Shown: piece after piece, positions 20,625 through 32,605 of the stretch
Layout: the number at the start of each line of letters is the position of its first letter
Numbering within the stretch: position 1 is the stretch's first letter
DNA from: an uncultured Acidobacteriota bacterium
Lineage (GTDB): Bacteria; Acidobacteriota; UBA6911
Direction: 5' to 3'
Length of the DNA: 64,000 bases
NCBI GenBank assembly: GCA_963843575.1
Contig: CAWJKZ010000014.1
Span: forward strand, 192,001 to 256,000
Program-made: the position numbers and the translations under genes
Notes under the pieces: generated by a model
Database searches by the model: none
Seen by the model: the letters and a program-made list of their open reading frames with translations, nothing else
What the model was told of the DNA's origin: nothing

Positions 20625-20659
20625 CCCCGAGTTTGGTCCTCGCATTTGGAGGTGAGGTC

Positions 20660-21824
20660 ATGCGATCAGTCAAATCAATCGCGCTGCTTTTCTTTTGGGC
20701 GCTCGTCTTGGCCGGGTGTGGTCAAAAGGGTGCCAAGCTGCAGAAGAGTGTCGTCCCACCCGACCGGACCCTGTTCGAGACAGGGGACGATTACCTGAAG
20801 AAGAGCCAGTACATCAAGGCGCGACTCGCGTTTCAAACGCTGATCAACACCTACCCTGACAGCGATCTGGCCGCAGACTCCTACCTCGCCATCGGGGACT
20901 CGTTCTACAGCGAGGGGTCGACTGAAAATTACCTGCAGGCGGAAGAGCAGTACAAGAATTTCATCATTTTCTTTCCGACGAACCCCAAGGCCGCCGACGC
21001 CCAGATGAAGATCGTATCGCTCAACATGAAGATGATGCGCTCGCCGGATCGCGATCCCACCTATTCCGTGAAGGCGGAGGCGGCGATCAAGCGCTTTCTC
21101 GAGACGTTCCCCGACAGCGACTATGTCCCGATGGCGAAGCAATACCTGAAGGAAGTGCAGGAGAATCTCGCGCAGTCCGACTTCGGCGTTGGGATGTTTT
21201 ACGCTCAGAAGGGTAACCACGTCGGGCGCGAAATCGCGCTTCAAGGAAATCACCGAAAAGTACAAGGAGTTCTCGGCCATGGACGAGGCGCTGTTCCGTC
21301 TCGCCGAGTCGCTCGAAAAAACCGAGAACCCGGACGAGGCGGCGATATATTACGGCGAGCTGGCCAAGGGCTTTCCGTTCAGCGGGTATTACGATGAGGC
21401 CAAGGGCCGGCTCGAGAAACTGGGCAAGTCCGTGCCGACCGTCGACCAGCAGCTGGCGGCGAGAAACCAGGGCAACTTGAAGCAGCCGGAGCCTTTTTCG
21501 CCACTGAAACCCTTCACCAGTTTTCTGAGCGCGCTCGGGTTCATCGGCAACGAGGATCGCTACGAGCTCGCGAAGAAGACCGTCGAGGCCCAGAAGGCCG
21601 AAGCGGCAGCGGTTCAAGCCGGGCAGACGGGGGAGTCGTCAACCGCCGACGGAGTGCAGATCGAGGCGATCCTGAAGAAAGACGCCTCGGGCCAGACGCA
21701 GCAGTCGGCCGTCCTGGGCTCAGCAGGAGCTAACGGTTCGCAGCAGGCCTCCGATAAGAACGGAGACAAGAAGAAAGACGTCGGAAAAAACAGCAAGAAG
21801 AAGAACACGAAGAAACCGTCCTGA
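20660..21824 (+). CDS. bamD: Outer membrane assembly lipoprotein BamD with a C-terminal extension; frameshift near 21223
   Basis: Lipobox LAGC; TPR-like units ARLAFQTLINTYPDS, PDRDPT, FPDSDY. Confidence 0.88.
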
Positions 21825-21832
21825 GTGGGATT

Positions 21833-22811
21833 ATGGCAAAGAAGCTCCTGGTCGCAGACGATAGTGTCACGATTCAGAAGGTGGTTCAGCTGACGTTCGC
21901 GGGCGAAGACGTCGCGATCGAGGCTGTCTCCAGCGGCGATCAGGCGGTCGAGAAGGCGCGCGCGCTGCGGCCCGACATGATGCTCGCGGACGTCTACATG
22001 CCGGGGCTGAACGGATACGAAGTGTGCTCGAGCATCAAAGCCGACGCTGAACTCGCCGGGACCCCGGTCGTCCTGCTGGTCGGGACGTTCGAACCGTTCG
22101 ACGAGGCTGAAGCGGCGCGTGTGCGGTCGGACGGGCATCTGACGAAGCCGTTTGACACCTCGGAACTGATCCAACTCGTCCGGTCGCTGATCGACACGGG
22201 ATGCGCCGGCAAGCCCGAACGGGAGCTGCCCCGGGTCGGCCGGCGGCGCTTGTGCCCTCCAGGCGCCGGGCGCGGCGATCGGCGCCGGAGCACCCGGTCC
22301 GCACCTGGTCAGCGTCCGCGCTCGGGACTCGTTTCTGGGGGACGGTCGGATCCTCGACGTTTTCGCACCCCAGATGCTTGCGGCGGTTCTGACACCGGTT
22401 CCCCATAGCGCCCGTGGAGCGTCGCGGCCGGATCCGCCAGTCCGCGGAGCCGGCATCGGTGGCCGCGGCGACCGGGAGCCGGAGCCGACCCAGGAAGCAA
22501 AACCGCGTCTGGCGGCCGCTCCCCAGGTGATACCGTTTCCCGCAAACCGGCAGCCGGACAGCGCCGCGGAGGGGGTCGAACTTCCCGAGGAGATCGTGAA
22601 CCTGATCGTCGACCGCGTCGTGCGCCGCATGTCGCCGGATGTCATCCGCGACGTGGCGTGGGAAGTGATCCCGGAACTCGCCGAGATCATCATCCGCCAG
22701 ATAATCAACGAGAAAGGGCTGCCGCCCCAGGTCACAGCCGTGACTGCCCGCGGTGCCGCGTCACTCCGCTCGACATCCGGTCTGCTAGACTCCAACTCCG
22801 AGTTCGCATAG
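21833..22811 (+). CDS. romR: RomR-like response regulator (REC, Pro-rich linker, RomR-C-like motif); frameshifts in the linker
   Basis: LLVADDSVTIQKVVQLTF...GTFEPFDE..A....DG.LTKPF; C-terminal VIRDVAWEVIPELAEIIIR. Confidence 0.75.
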
Positions 22812-22814
22812 AAT
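22786..22814 (+). promoter_or_regulatory. Putative valS promoter
   Basis: TAGACT-17-TAGAAT. Confidence 0.5.
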
Positions 22815-22946
22815 AAAAGCTTTTGCACGGCGCATGACGCTCCCTTGGAGGTCCGCTCTGTCGGCAGGGGCCGCACGCAGGGTCCTGCGGGAATGGACTG
22901 CGGATGCGCCCCAGAGTCGTTCGTTTCGCATCCCCTCGAGGTTTGC

Positions 22947-25617
<2,671 letters not shown>

Positions 25618-25621
<4 letters not shown>

Positions 25622-26606
25622 ACGGCAAACTCGAGTTGCCCGATCTTCTGAACGACCTGGCTCGGGCCGGCGAGGCGGGACTCCCGCTCCCCCGGGACCC
25701 GGGCGCACAGCGCGATATCGAGCTGTGCCGGGAGTGGGGCTTTACCGTCGCCGCGGCCGGCGGCCGCATCGTGCTGCGCGCGGGACGAGGACGCGCTGGT
25801 CCCCGCCTGGATAGAACAGGAGAGTGTGGCCAGGGCGTGGGAGCGGCTGCGTGTCGCTGGGTTTCTCCGCCTGGGTTCCACCAACGACGAGGCGTGTAGC
25901 TTGGCGCGGGGAGGGGCCGCGGCGGGACGCCTCGTGGTTGCAGAGCAGCAGACCGCCGGGAAAGGGCGGAAGGGGAGGTACTGGAACTCTCCCGCCCGGG
26001 CTGGACTGTACTTCTCGCTGTTGATCAGACCCTCCCAGCACTTGAGGTACTGGCCCATCCTGACGCACGCGACCGCATTGGCGCTGGTGGAGACGCTGCG
26101 GCAAATCCCGGGGACAGCGGGCCGGCAGCTGGACATCGACCTCAAGTGGCCGAATGACGTGCTGCTGTCCGGACGCAAGACCGCCGGCATCCTGCTCGAA
26201 ACTGCCGTGCGACGCGCAGGGAGGCCAGGCGGCCGTGGTCGGTGTCGGCATCAATACGTCGCGTTCGGCCGTGCCGGACGAACTCGCCGAAACGGCGACG
26301 TCCGTCGAGGCCGAGGCAGGCGTCGTCGTGCCGCGGCGCCCTCTTCTCGTTCGCTTTCTCGATCAGTTTCAGACCGTGTACGCGGTGTTCGAGAAGGGGG
26401 AGCACGACGCCCTCCTCGAGCACTGGAAGGCGTGCTCCACGATGTGGAACAGAACCCCCGTCACGGTGACGGACGGCGCAGGCACACGGCTTGGCGTCAC
26501 GTGCGGCCTCACCGAGATCGGCGCGTTGCGCGTGCGTCTGGCGGGAGGGACGGAGGAAACCGTTTTGGCCGGCGACGTGAGCGTGCGGCGCGGGGCAGGG
26601 GATTGA
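25618..26606 (+). CDS. birA: Biotin-protein ligase; frameshifts near 25783 and 26215
   Basis: GSTNDEA, QTAGKGRKGRYW, LKWPNDV, RKTAGILLE, VGVGIN, AGDVS. Confidence 0.92.
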
Positions 26607-26608
26607 CA

Positions 26609-27586
26609 ATGTTCTTCAGGAAATCCGCCAAAGAGACTGCGGCGCAAAACCCCGGTTTTTTCGAGCGCATGAAGCAGGCCCTCGGCGCGACCAAGGATAA
26701 TCTCGTCGCCCGGATCGAGCAGGTCCTTTCGAGCAGTCCCGCGCTCGGTGAAAGCACCTTCGAGGAACTCGAGGGCGTCCTGCTCGGCGCCGACCTCGGG
26801 GTGCGCGCGACCAGTCGCATCATGGACGAAATTCGTGAGCAGCACCGCCGAAACCTGGTCAGAACGCCGGAAGACGTGCGCGCTTCCATCAGGAAGCAGC
26901 TGCTCGCCATTCTGGAAGCCAAGGCCGCCGTCGAAACTCCGCCGGCCGAGATCGCCCAGGAGGTGTGGATGGTGGTCGGGGTCAACGGCACGGGGAAGAC
27001 GACGACGGTCGGGAAACTCGCGGCACGGCTGGCGAGGGACGGGAAGAAGGTGCTGGTCTGCGCAGCCGATACGTTCCGGCCTGCGGCGATCGAGCAGCTC
27101 ACGGTGTGGGCCGAGCGCTCGGGGACCGAACTGATCAAGAGCCGGATCGGGGCCGACCCCTCCGCCGTGCTGCACGACGCGCTCGCGGCGGCCGGCGCAC
27201 GCAAGTCCGACATCGTCCTAGTCGACACGGCGGGCCGCCTGCATACCCGGAGCAACCTGATGCAGGAACTGGAGAAGATGCGCCGGGTGGCCGGCCGCAA
27301 ACTGCCGGGATCCCCGCACGAGGTTCTGCTGGTGCTCGACGCCACAACCGGGCAGAACGGGCTGTCGCAGGCCAAAGAGTTCATGAAGAGCACCGGGGTG
27401 ACCGGGCTGATCGTGACCAAGCTGGACGGGACGGCCAAAGGCGGAATCCTGTTCAGCATATGTCAGGAAATGCGCATCCCGGTGCGGTATATCGGGGTAG
27501 GGGAGTCGATCGACGATCTGCTCGAGTTCTCTCCCGAGGCTTTCGTCGATTCGCTGTTTGGCGACAACCCCAGGACGGGTGCCTGA
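26609..27586 (+). CDS. ftsY: SRP receptor FtsY
   Basis: GVNGTGKTTT, DTFRPAA, DTAGR, DATTGQN, TKLDGTAKGG. Confidence 0.97.
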   Translation: MFFRKSAKETAAQNPGFFERMKQALGATKDNLVARIEQVLSSSPALGESTFEELEGVLLGADLGVRATSRIMDEIREQHRRNLVRTPEDVRASIRKQLLAILEAKAAVETPPAEIAQEVWMVVGVNGTGKTTTVGKLAARLARDGKKVLVCAADTFRPAAIEQLTVWAERSGTELIKSRIGADPSAVLHDALAAAGARKSDIVLVDTAGRLHTRSNLMQELEKMRRVAGRKLPGSPHEVLLVLDATTGQNGLSQAKEFMKSTGVTGLIVTKLDGTAKGGILFSICQEMRIPVRYIGVGESIDDLLEFSPEAFVDSLFGDNPRTGA

Positions 27587-27590
27587 TCCG

Positions 27591-27733
27591 GGTCAAGGGC
27601 AGAAGCAGAACGCGGATTTGCCGAGTTCACACAGATCGGTCGCGGCCCGTCACCAATGCCTTTGTTTTTGACCTGCGTGGTTCCACACCCATCCGCGTCC
27701 GACAAAACGTCATCCGTACTCGTGCAATTGACC
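27591..27733. repeat. Palindromic REP-like intergenic element between convergent genes
   Basis: ACGCGGAT(27610)/ATCCGCGT(27691), inner CACACAGAT/ACCTGCGTG, outer GGTCAA/TTGACC. Confidence 0.5.
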
Positions 27734-27735
27734 AC

Positions 27736-28410
27736 TCAGGCGACGGAGATGAGCGCGCGCGGGCTGAGCAGGATGATGCGTCGCTGATCCATCGTGATGA
27801 TTCCCTTTTTCTGGAGTCTGGCCAGCGTTCGGGTGACGGTCTCGCGCGACGTTCCCACCATCTCCGCGAGTTCCTGGTGCGTGATCTTCAGGTCGATGAT
27901 GATGCCGCGCGCATCGGCCACCCCGTGTTTGCGCGAGAGTTGCAGGATCCCGCCGCGGATGCGGGCGTCCGCCGTGCTGTAGTTGAGGGACTGGATCTGT
28001 CCCCACACGTGGCGCAGTCGCGAACAGAGCACCTGGATGATCTGCTGCACGACCTTGTCGTTGGTCATCAGGAACCGGTGAAAGTCGCCGCTGGTGATCG
28101 ATACTATCCGGCAATCTTCCATGGCCGAGACGGTGGCGGGGGACGTCTTGCCGTCAAGGAGCGCCATTTCGCCGAAAAAATCCCCTTGGCGATGAATCGC
28201 CAGAATCGTTTCCTTTCCGTTGGCAGTGGACTTGGTGACCTTCACCTTGCCGGACAGCACGATGTACATGTAGTTGCCGGCTTCCTCCTCCAGGAACACG
28301 ACCTGATTCCGCTGGTAATTGCGCACCAGGAAGATGTGCTCGATGCTCTTGAACTCGCTGTCGGACAGTGTGGCGAAAAGCGGGACACGCCGGATAAAGT
28401 CAGTTCTCAT
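27736..28410 (-). CDS. Crp/Fnr-family transcriptional regulator
   Basis: cNMP domain GDFFGEMALLD; HTH ITHQELAEMVGTSRETVTR. Confidence 0.94.
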   Translation of the reverse strand: MRTDFIRRVPLFATLSDSEFKSIEHIFLVRNYQRNQVVFLEEEAGNYMYIVLSGKVKVTKSTANGKETILAIHRQGDFFGEMALLDGKTSPATVSAMEDCRIVSITSGDFHRFLMTNDKVVQQIIQVLCSRLRHVWGQIQSLNYSTADARIRGGILQLSRKHGVADARGIIIDLKITHQELAEMVGTSRETVTRTLARLQKKGIITMDQRRIILLSPRALISVA

Positions 28411-29506
28411 CGATTTTCAGCCGAATGATCTCAGTGCGCTCCGGCCGGTCCATGAAATTGTTGGGCGCGTATTCCCTCATGAAGACGCGCACCAGGGCAA
28501 ACGTCACGCCCAGCAGGAGCGATACACCGCATAGAAGCGCCGTGAAGACAAGGGACCGCACGACGGTTCCGAGGATTCCCATCGGAATGCCCCAGACGGT
28601 GCCGGTGCGGCGGTTCTTGTCGTAAATCCACTTGATCGAGTACCGATACTGCACCGATTCAAGGATCTGATCGGCAGATTCCGGGCTGAAATTACCCTCC
28701 AAAAATGCCAGGACCGGGCCGGCCCTGCGGGTGTAGACCTTTTCGCCAGGCCGGGGCGCCGCCGCCAGCGTGGCGGCGACCTGGTCGAAATACTCCTCGG
28801 AGAGCTGGCTGGTGGGGAAGCTGACCATCGTCAGCAGGCCCTGTTGACCAGGCAGTGCGTAGGACGCTTGCGCCGCCTCCATGTCCGGCTTGAAGTGCAA
28901 CTGGCCGCCTGCGATGGGCCTGCCATAGGCCCCGAACGCACGCGGCCCGAGGAAGTAACGCAGCGAGGCGGCATCATACCCTTCCGGCGAGAGGTGCGCC
29001 GTGAGAGACACGGCAGCCGGTTCGCGCTCGCCGATCCGGTTGCTTACCGAGGTTGCCACGCGTCGCGCGAGGTCTCCCCCGCCATCGCTTTTCACCCGCA
29101 CCCAGAAGTTGCCCCTGGCAAACTGCCGGTCCGCGTCGGTCGCCGAGGTCCAGTCGCCCGGAGGGCCCGCCACGGCGGGCGCCTTGCGCAACAGCGTGAG
29201 GAGGGAGTACGCGGCCTTGGCGTCCCTCATGGTCGCGACTTCGATCGATAGCGACCCACCAGGGACGGCGTAGACGCGGCGGGTATACTTTTGCAGCCCG
29301 GCTTCGTCGATCAGGTCCGCGCCTTCCACGATCCCCGCGCCGAGCGCTCGCTCGGAACTGACGTCGGACCGCACCCCCTCGAGTTCCCTGAACTCCAGAT
29401 CCGCCGGGAAGAAATCGCGCCCCACGAACTGGGTCTGCGCGGGCAGCGTGGCGGTTCCAGCCGCCAGCACCAATAATGTCCACCATATAACCGCAACTGT
29501 TCTCAT
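28400..29506 (-). CDS. Exported protein with a C-terminal membrane anchor, unknown function (possibly DUF6599-like)
   Basis: Signal peptide, two similar alpha/beta halves, C-terminal TM; family assignment from memory only. Confidence 0.75.
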   Translation of the reverse strand: MRTVAVIWWTLLVLAAGTATLPAQTQFVGRDFFPADLEFRELEGVRSDVSSERALGAGIVEGADLIDEAGLQKYTRRVYAVPGGSLSIEVATMRDAKAAYSLLTLLRKAPAVAGPPGDWTSATDADRQFARGNFWVRVKSDGGGDLARRVATSVSNRIGEREPAAVSLTAHLSPEGYDAASLRYFLGPRAFGAYGRPIAGGQLHFKPDMEAAQASYALPGQQGLLTMVSFPTSQLSEEYFDQVAATLAAAPRPGEKVYTRRAGPVLAFLEGNFSPESADQILESVQYRYSIKWIYDKNRRTGTVWGIPMGILGTVVRSLVFTALLCGVSLLLGVTFALVRVFMREYAPNNFMDRPERTEIIRLKIDEN

Positions 29507-31693
29507 TTAGTTCGCATCCGACTGGCTCTGGGCGACGTCGCCTCCGAGCGTCTTTGTGTATCCCTCGATGCCAGAAAAAAGTGCCTTGGCCACGCGCTGC
29601 ACGCTGTCCTCTTTTCGCAGCGTCCTTTCGTCCCGAGGGTTGCTGATGAAGGCTACCTCCGCGAGAACGGACGGCATGTTGGCGCCGATGAGGACCACAA
29701 ACGGGGCGCTGCGCACCCCCCGGTTCTTGGAGGAGGGGAGCATCGGCTGGAGTCCCGCGTGGAGCCTCTTCTGGAGAATGGCTGCGAGCTCGCGCGATTC
29801 CGCCGATTTTTCGGCCTGGGCGATCTTCCGGACCAGGTCCTGCAATTCGTGCACGCTCCGCGCCGAGGCCGCATTCTCCCTGGCGGCAATCTCCCGATCC
29901 GCCGCGCTGCGGGCAAAATTGAGGAAGTAGGTTTCCACGCCGCTGGTGTTCTTGTTGCTGGCCGAGTTTGCATGAATGGACAGGAACAGGTCGGCCTTCT
30001 TCTGATTGGCGAGCGCGGTTCGCTCCTCGAGCGGCACGAACACATCCGTCTCGCGCGTGAGGATCACCTCCGCCCCGAGCTTGTCCTCCAGCAGCCTGCG
30101 CAGTTCGAGCGCTACCCCCAGCACAAGATCTTTTTCCCGCAGCCCCCCTCGGCCGATCGTGCCCGTATCATGCCCGCCATGCCCGGGATCGATCACGATT
30201 CGACCTATCTTCAAACCGAGCATGCGCGTCATTGTGCGGTTGCCCATGCTGGTCGGCGAAGCTGGCCTCGGGGCGGAGCCGGGCACCACCGGAGCGGATG
30301 GAATATCCGGCGCCCGGGCGGGAACGGCCGCCGCCGGCGCCGGCTGCGGGCGGACGGGTTCCCTGGCCGATGGCGTGTTTGCCGCTGCCCGGTCCGAGCC
30401 GGGGGAAGGCGATTTCTTCGGTTCAGGGGCCGCGGGGATTATGGGAAGCGGCGGGCTGGATATGTAGGCCGCGACAGACTCCCTCTGCCTCTGCGTTGAA
30501 ACGGGCTCCTGGGGCAGTGGGGAGACGGCTTGGGCGGGATCGGACTTCTTTGAACCGGGCTCGAGTTGGATCGTCTCAGAGGTCGGCTTTTCCGGAAAGT
30601 CCTGCTTCTGTCGGAGCGCGGGCCGCAGTCCTTCGGGGGACACCGATCTGGGCTCGGGCAGCCTGCCCGGTTGGACTGAGGACGAGGCCGCCGCCGCAAC
30701 CCGGCTGCTTTCTCCGACCGCATCCCCGGGGCGCGGTGCCCGGAGAGAGCCCGGGGACTCCTTTGAGGCCATGGAGCCGCCGATCCCGTGCACATCGATC
30801 ACAATCCGGAAAGGGTCGTGCAACTCGACGACGGAGAATTCGGTGGAGGAGGCGAAATCCAGCACGACCCGCACCACGCCGGCGCGGTTCTGCGCGATCC
30901 TGATCTGCTGGAGAAACTCGTCGCTCACGCTAAACTTTTTGTTGAACAAATCTGATGTAACTCTGGCATTAGAAATATCAAAAAAGACACGATCCGGATT
31001 GACGATGCGAGTCTTCTGGTACGAAGTCTCGCCGTCGAGGTCGATGATGACCCTGGTGTAATCCTTAGTGGACCAGTATCGGATGTTCTCGACGGCAGCC
31101 ATCGGGCCGCGGGCGGGGGGACGAGCCGGAGCGTCGGCCTCCGGTTGCGGCTTTTTGCCGGGTGCCGGGATCGGAGCTCCGGCCAGGGATGCTCCGGCGG
31201 GCGACGATTTGTACCGTGTTTTCAACCGCTCGTGAGCTTCCCGGGCGCATTCCGGGTCTTTCAGCGGCCCGGCGCAGAGCTTTCCCAACCTGAGCAGGGC
31301 ATCCGGGCAGCGCGGGCTGGCGGGGTAATCGGACAAGAGATAACGATAGAGTCTCGCAGCGCGGGTGTAGAAATCCGGCTCGGCGAGTTTTTCGGCCAGC
31401 GCCTGGAAAAGCTCGCCCGCTTCGTAGATGGCGTCGTCGCTTCCACCAAAATGCGGATCGTAGGCGTACACCTCCTGGTACGTCCGAATGCAGAAGAGGT
31501 ACGGCTCCCTCGGGGAGCCCTGAAGCGAGGCCAGTTGCTCCCTCAATGCCCGGGCTTTTTCCAGAGCCCGCTCGGCGGCTTCCCTATCCCAAGTCTTTGA
31601 AATAAAAAGACTTGACATCAAGAAAAGCACCGTCCCGACCGTGATACAGTACTTCAAGCCCGCGGTGGGGAGACCGAACCGGGGGAGAATCAT
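29507..31693 (-). CDS. N-acetylmuramoyl-L-alanine amidase (TPR, AMIN, Pro linker, Amidase_3)
   Basis: IDPGHGGHDTG, EKDLVL, FLSIHAN, LAEVAFISN; AMIN-like NPDRVFFDI and DPFRIVIDV. Confidence 0.93.
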   Translation of the reverse strand: MILPRFGLPTAGLKYCITVGTVLFLMSSLFISKTWDREAAERALEKARALREQLASLQGSPREPYLFCIRTYQEVYAYDPHFGGSDDAIYEAGELFQALAEKLAEPDFYTRAARLYRYLLSDYPASPRCPDALLRLGKLCAGPLKDPECAREAHERLKTRYKSSPAGASLAGAPIPAPGKKPQPEADAPARPPARGPMAAVENIRYWSTKDYTRVIIDLDGETSYQKTRIVNPDRVFFDISNARVTSDLFNKKFSVSDEFLQQIRIAQNRAGVVRVVLDFASSTEFSVVELHDPFRIVIDVHGIGGSMASKESPGSLRAPRPGDAVGESSRVAAAASSSVQPGRLPEPRSVSPEGLRPALRQKQDFPEKPTSETIQLEPGSKKSDPAQAVSPLPQEPVSTQRQRESVAAYISSPPLPIIPAAPEPKKSPSPGSDRAAANTPSAREPVRPQPAPAAAVPARAPDIPSAPVVPGSAPRPASPTSMGNRTMTRMLGLKIGRIVIDPGHGGHDTGTIGRGGLREKDLVLGVALELRRLLEDKLGAEVILTRETDVFVPLEERTALANQKKADLFLSIHANSASNKNTSGVETYFLNFARSAADREIAARENAASARSVHELQDLVRKIAQAEKSAESRELAAILQKRLHAGLQPMLPSSKNRGVRSAPFVVLIGANMPSVLAEVAFISNPRDERTLRKEDSVQRVAKALFSGIEGYTKTLGGDVAQSQSDAN

Positions 31694-31700
31694 AGCAGGA

Positions 31701-31729
31701 ATTTTAGCCGCCCCGACCGCAACTGTCAA
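31701..31729 (-). promoter_or_regulatory. Promoter of the amidase operon, leaderless geometry
   Basis: TTGACA-17-TAAAAT-7nt-ATG(31693). Confidence 0.75.
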
Positions 31730-31790
31730 GCATAAACCCTTGGGAAGTCATTGAAACTAGGATACTTGCAGTGGGGCGCCAAAACTGCGC

Positions 31791-32540
31791 TCAGCGAGCC
31801 TCGGCGGATGCGACCCCGGCCGTCGCCGTTTCGGGCTCCTCCCGCTGGATGGGAGGAATATTCGTCAGGTGAATAATTCCGTTCTGATCTGCGAATCGGA
31901 ACATCGACGGCCCGGCTGCCGGCTTCTCCGGCTGGAGCGACATGGTCTGTTTGCCGTACTTCTCGGTTATGGTGCGGACGTAGTCGTGTGTTTCACGGAT
32001 ATTCGGAATCCTGCCAATGCGCTGGACGAGGTTCTCGCCGGCGTTGTAAGCCGCAAGGCTGAGCGCCAGGTCGTTGTCGAAGGTGTCGAGCAGCGTCCGC
32101 ATGTGCCTCATGCCGCCGCGGATGTTTTCGTCGGGGTCCAGGGTGTCGCGGACCCCGTGCCGGGCGGCGGTTGCAGGCATCAACTGCATAAGGCCGCGCG
32201 CTCCTTTGGGAGATACGGCCTTGGGGTTGAACCCGGATTCCTTCGAAATCATCAGCCGGATCAGCGACGGGTCCAGGCGGTACTCTCCCGCATACTTCTC
32301 GATGATCGGGTCATAGGCTCGGGCGCGGCTGGAGGCAGGCGCCGCCGGTCTTACAGCGGGTTCCGGGGGTGGTCCCGTAAGCTTGAGATCGCGCACCGGC
32401 GCTTTCGGGGGAATGTTGGTCAGGATGCGTACGCCGCTGTCGTCCAGGTACGAATAGAGAGTCTGGCCGACACACCACCGGACAGAGGAGAGCGCAGCAA
32501 CAAGAAGGGCAGCAACTACGAGAGCAGTGCGGTTCACCAT
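31791..32540 (-). CDS. Lytic transglycosylase (SLT) flanked by DUF4124-like motifs
   Basis: ESGFNP.AVSPKGA.GLMQLMP, LAAYNAGE, ET..YV; Y.D.SG....TN.PP at both ends. Confidence 0.92.
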   Translation of the reverse strand: MVNRTALVVAALLVAALSSVRWCVGQTLYSYLDDSGVRILTNIPPKAPVRDLKLTGPPPEPAVRPAAPASSRARAYDPIIEKYAGEYRLDPSLIRLMISKESGFNPKAVSPKGARGLMQLMPATAARHGVRDTLDPDENIRGGMRHMRTLLDTFDNDLALSLAAYNAGENLVQRIGRIPNIRETHDYVRTITEKYGKQTMSLQPEKPAAGPSMFRFADQNGIIHLTNIPPIQREEPETATAGVASAEAR

Positions 32541-32605
32541 CGACCCCCCAGCGGGAAAACGTGTACCTTCCTTCTGATGCCGGGGGGATGGAAAAAGTCT
32601 AAAAT

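Noticed and set aside
25826-27586. BirA-FtsY fusion
   Set aside because: It is created by a frameshift; birA stops at 26606 and ftsY starts at 26609.
31745-31760. IHF-like site AAGTCATTGAAA (similar at about 8302)
   Set aside because: The match is too degenerate to support without a genome-wide motif model.
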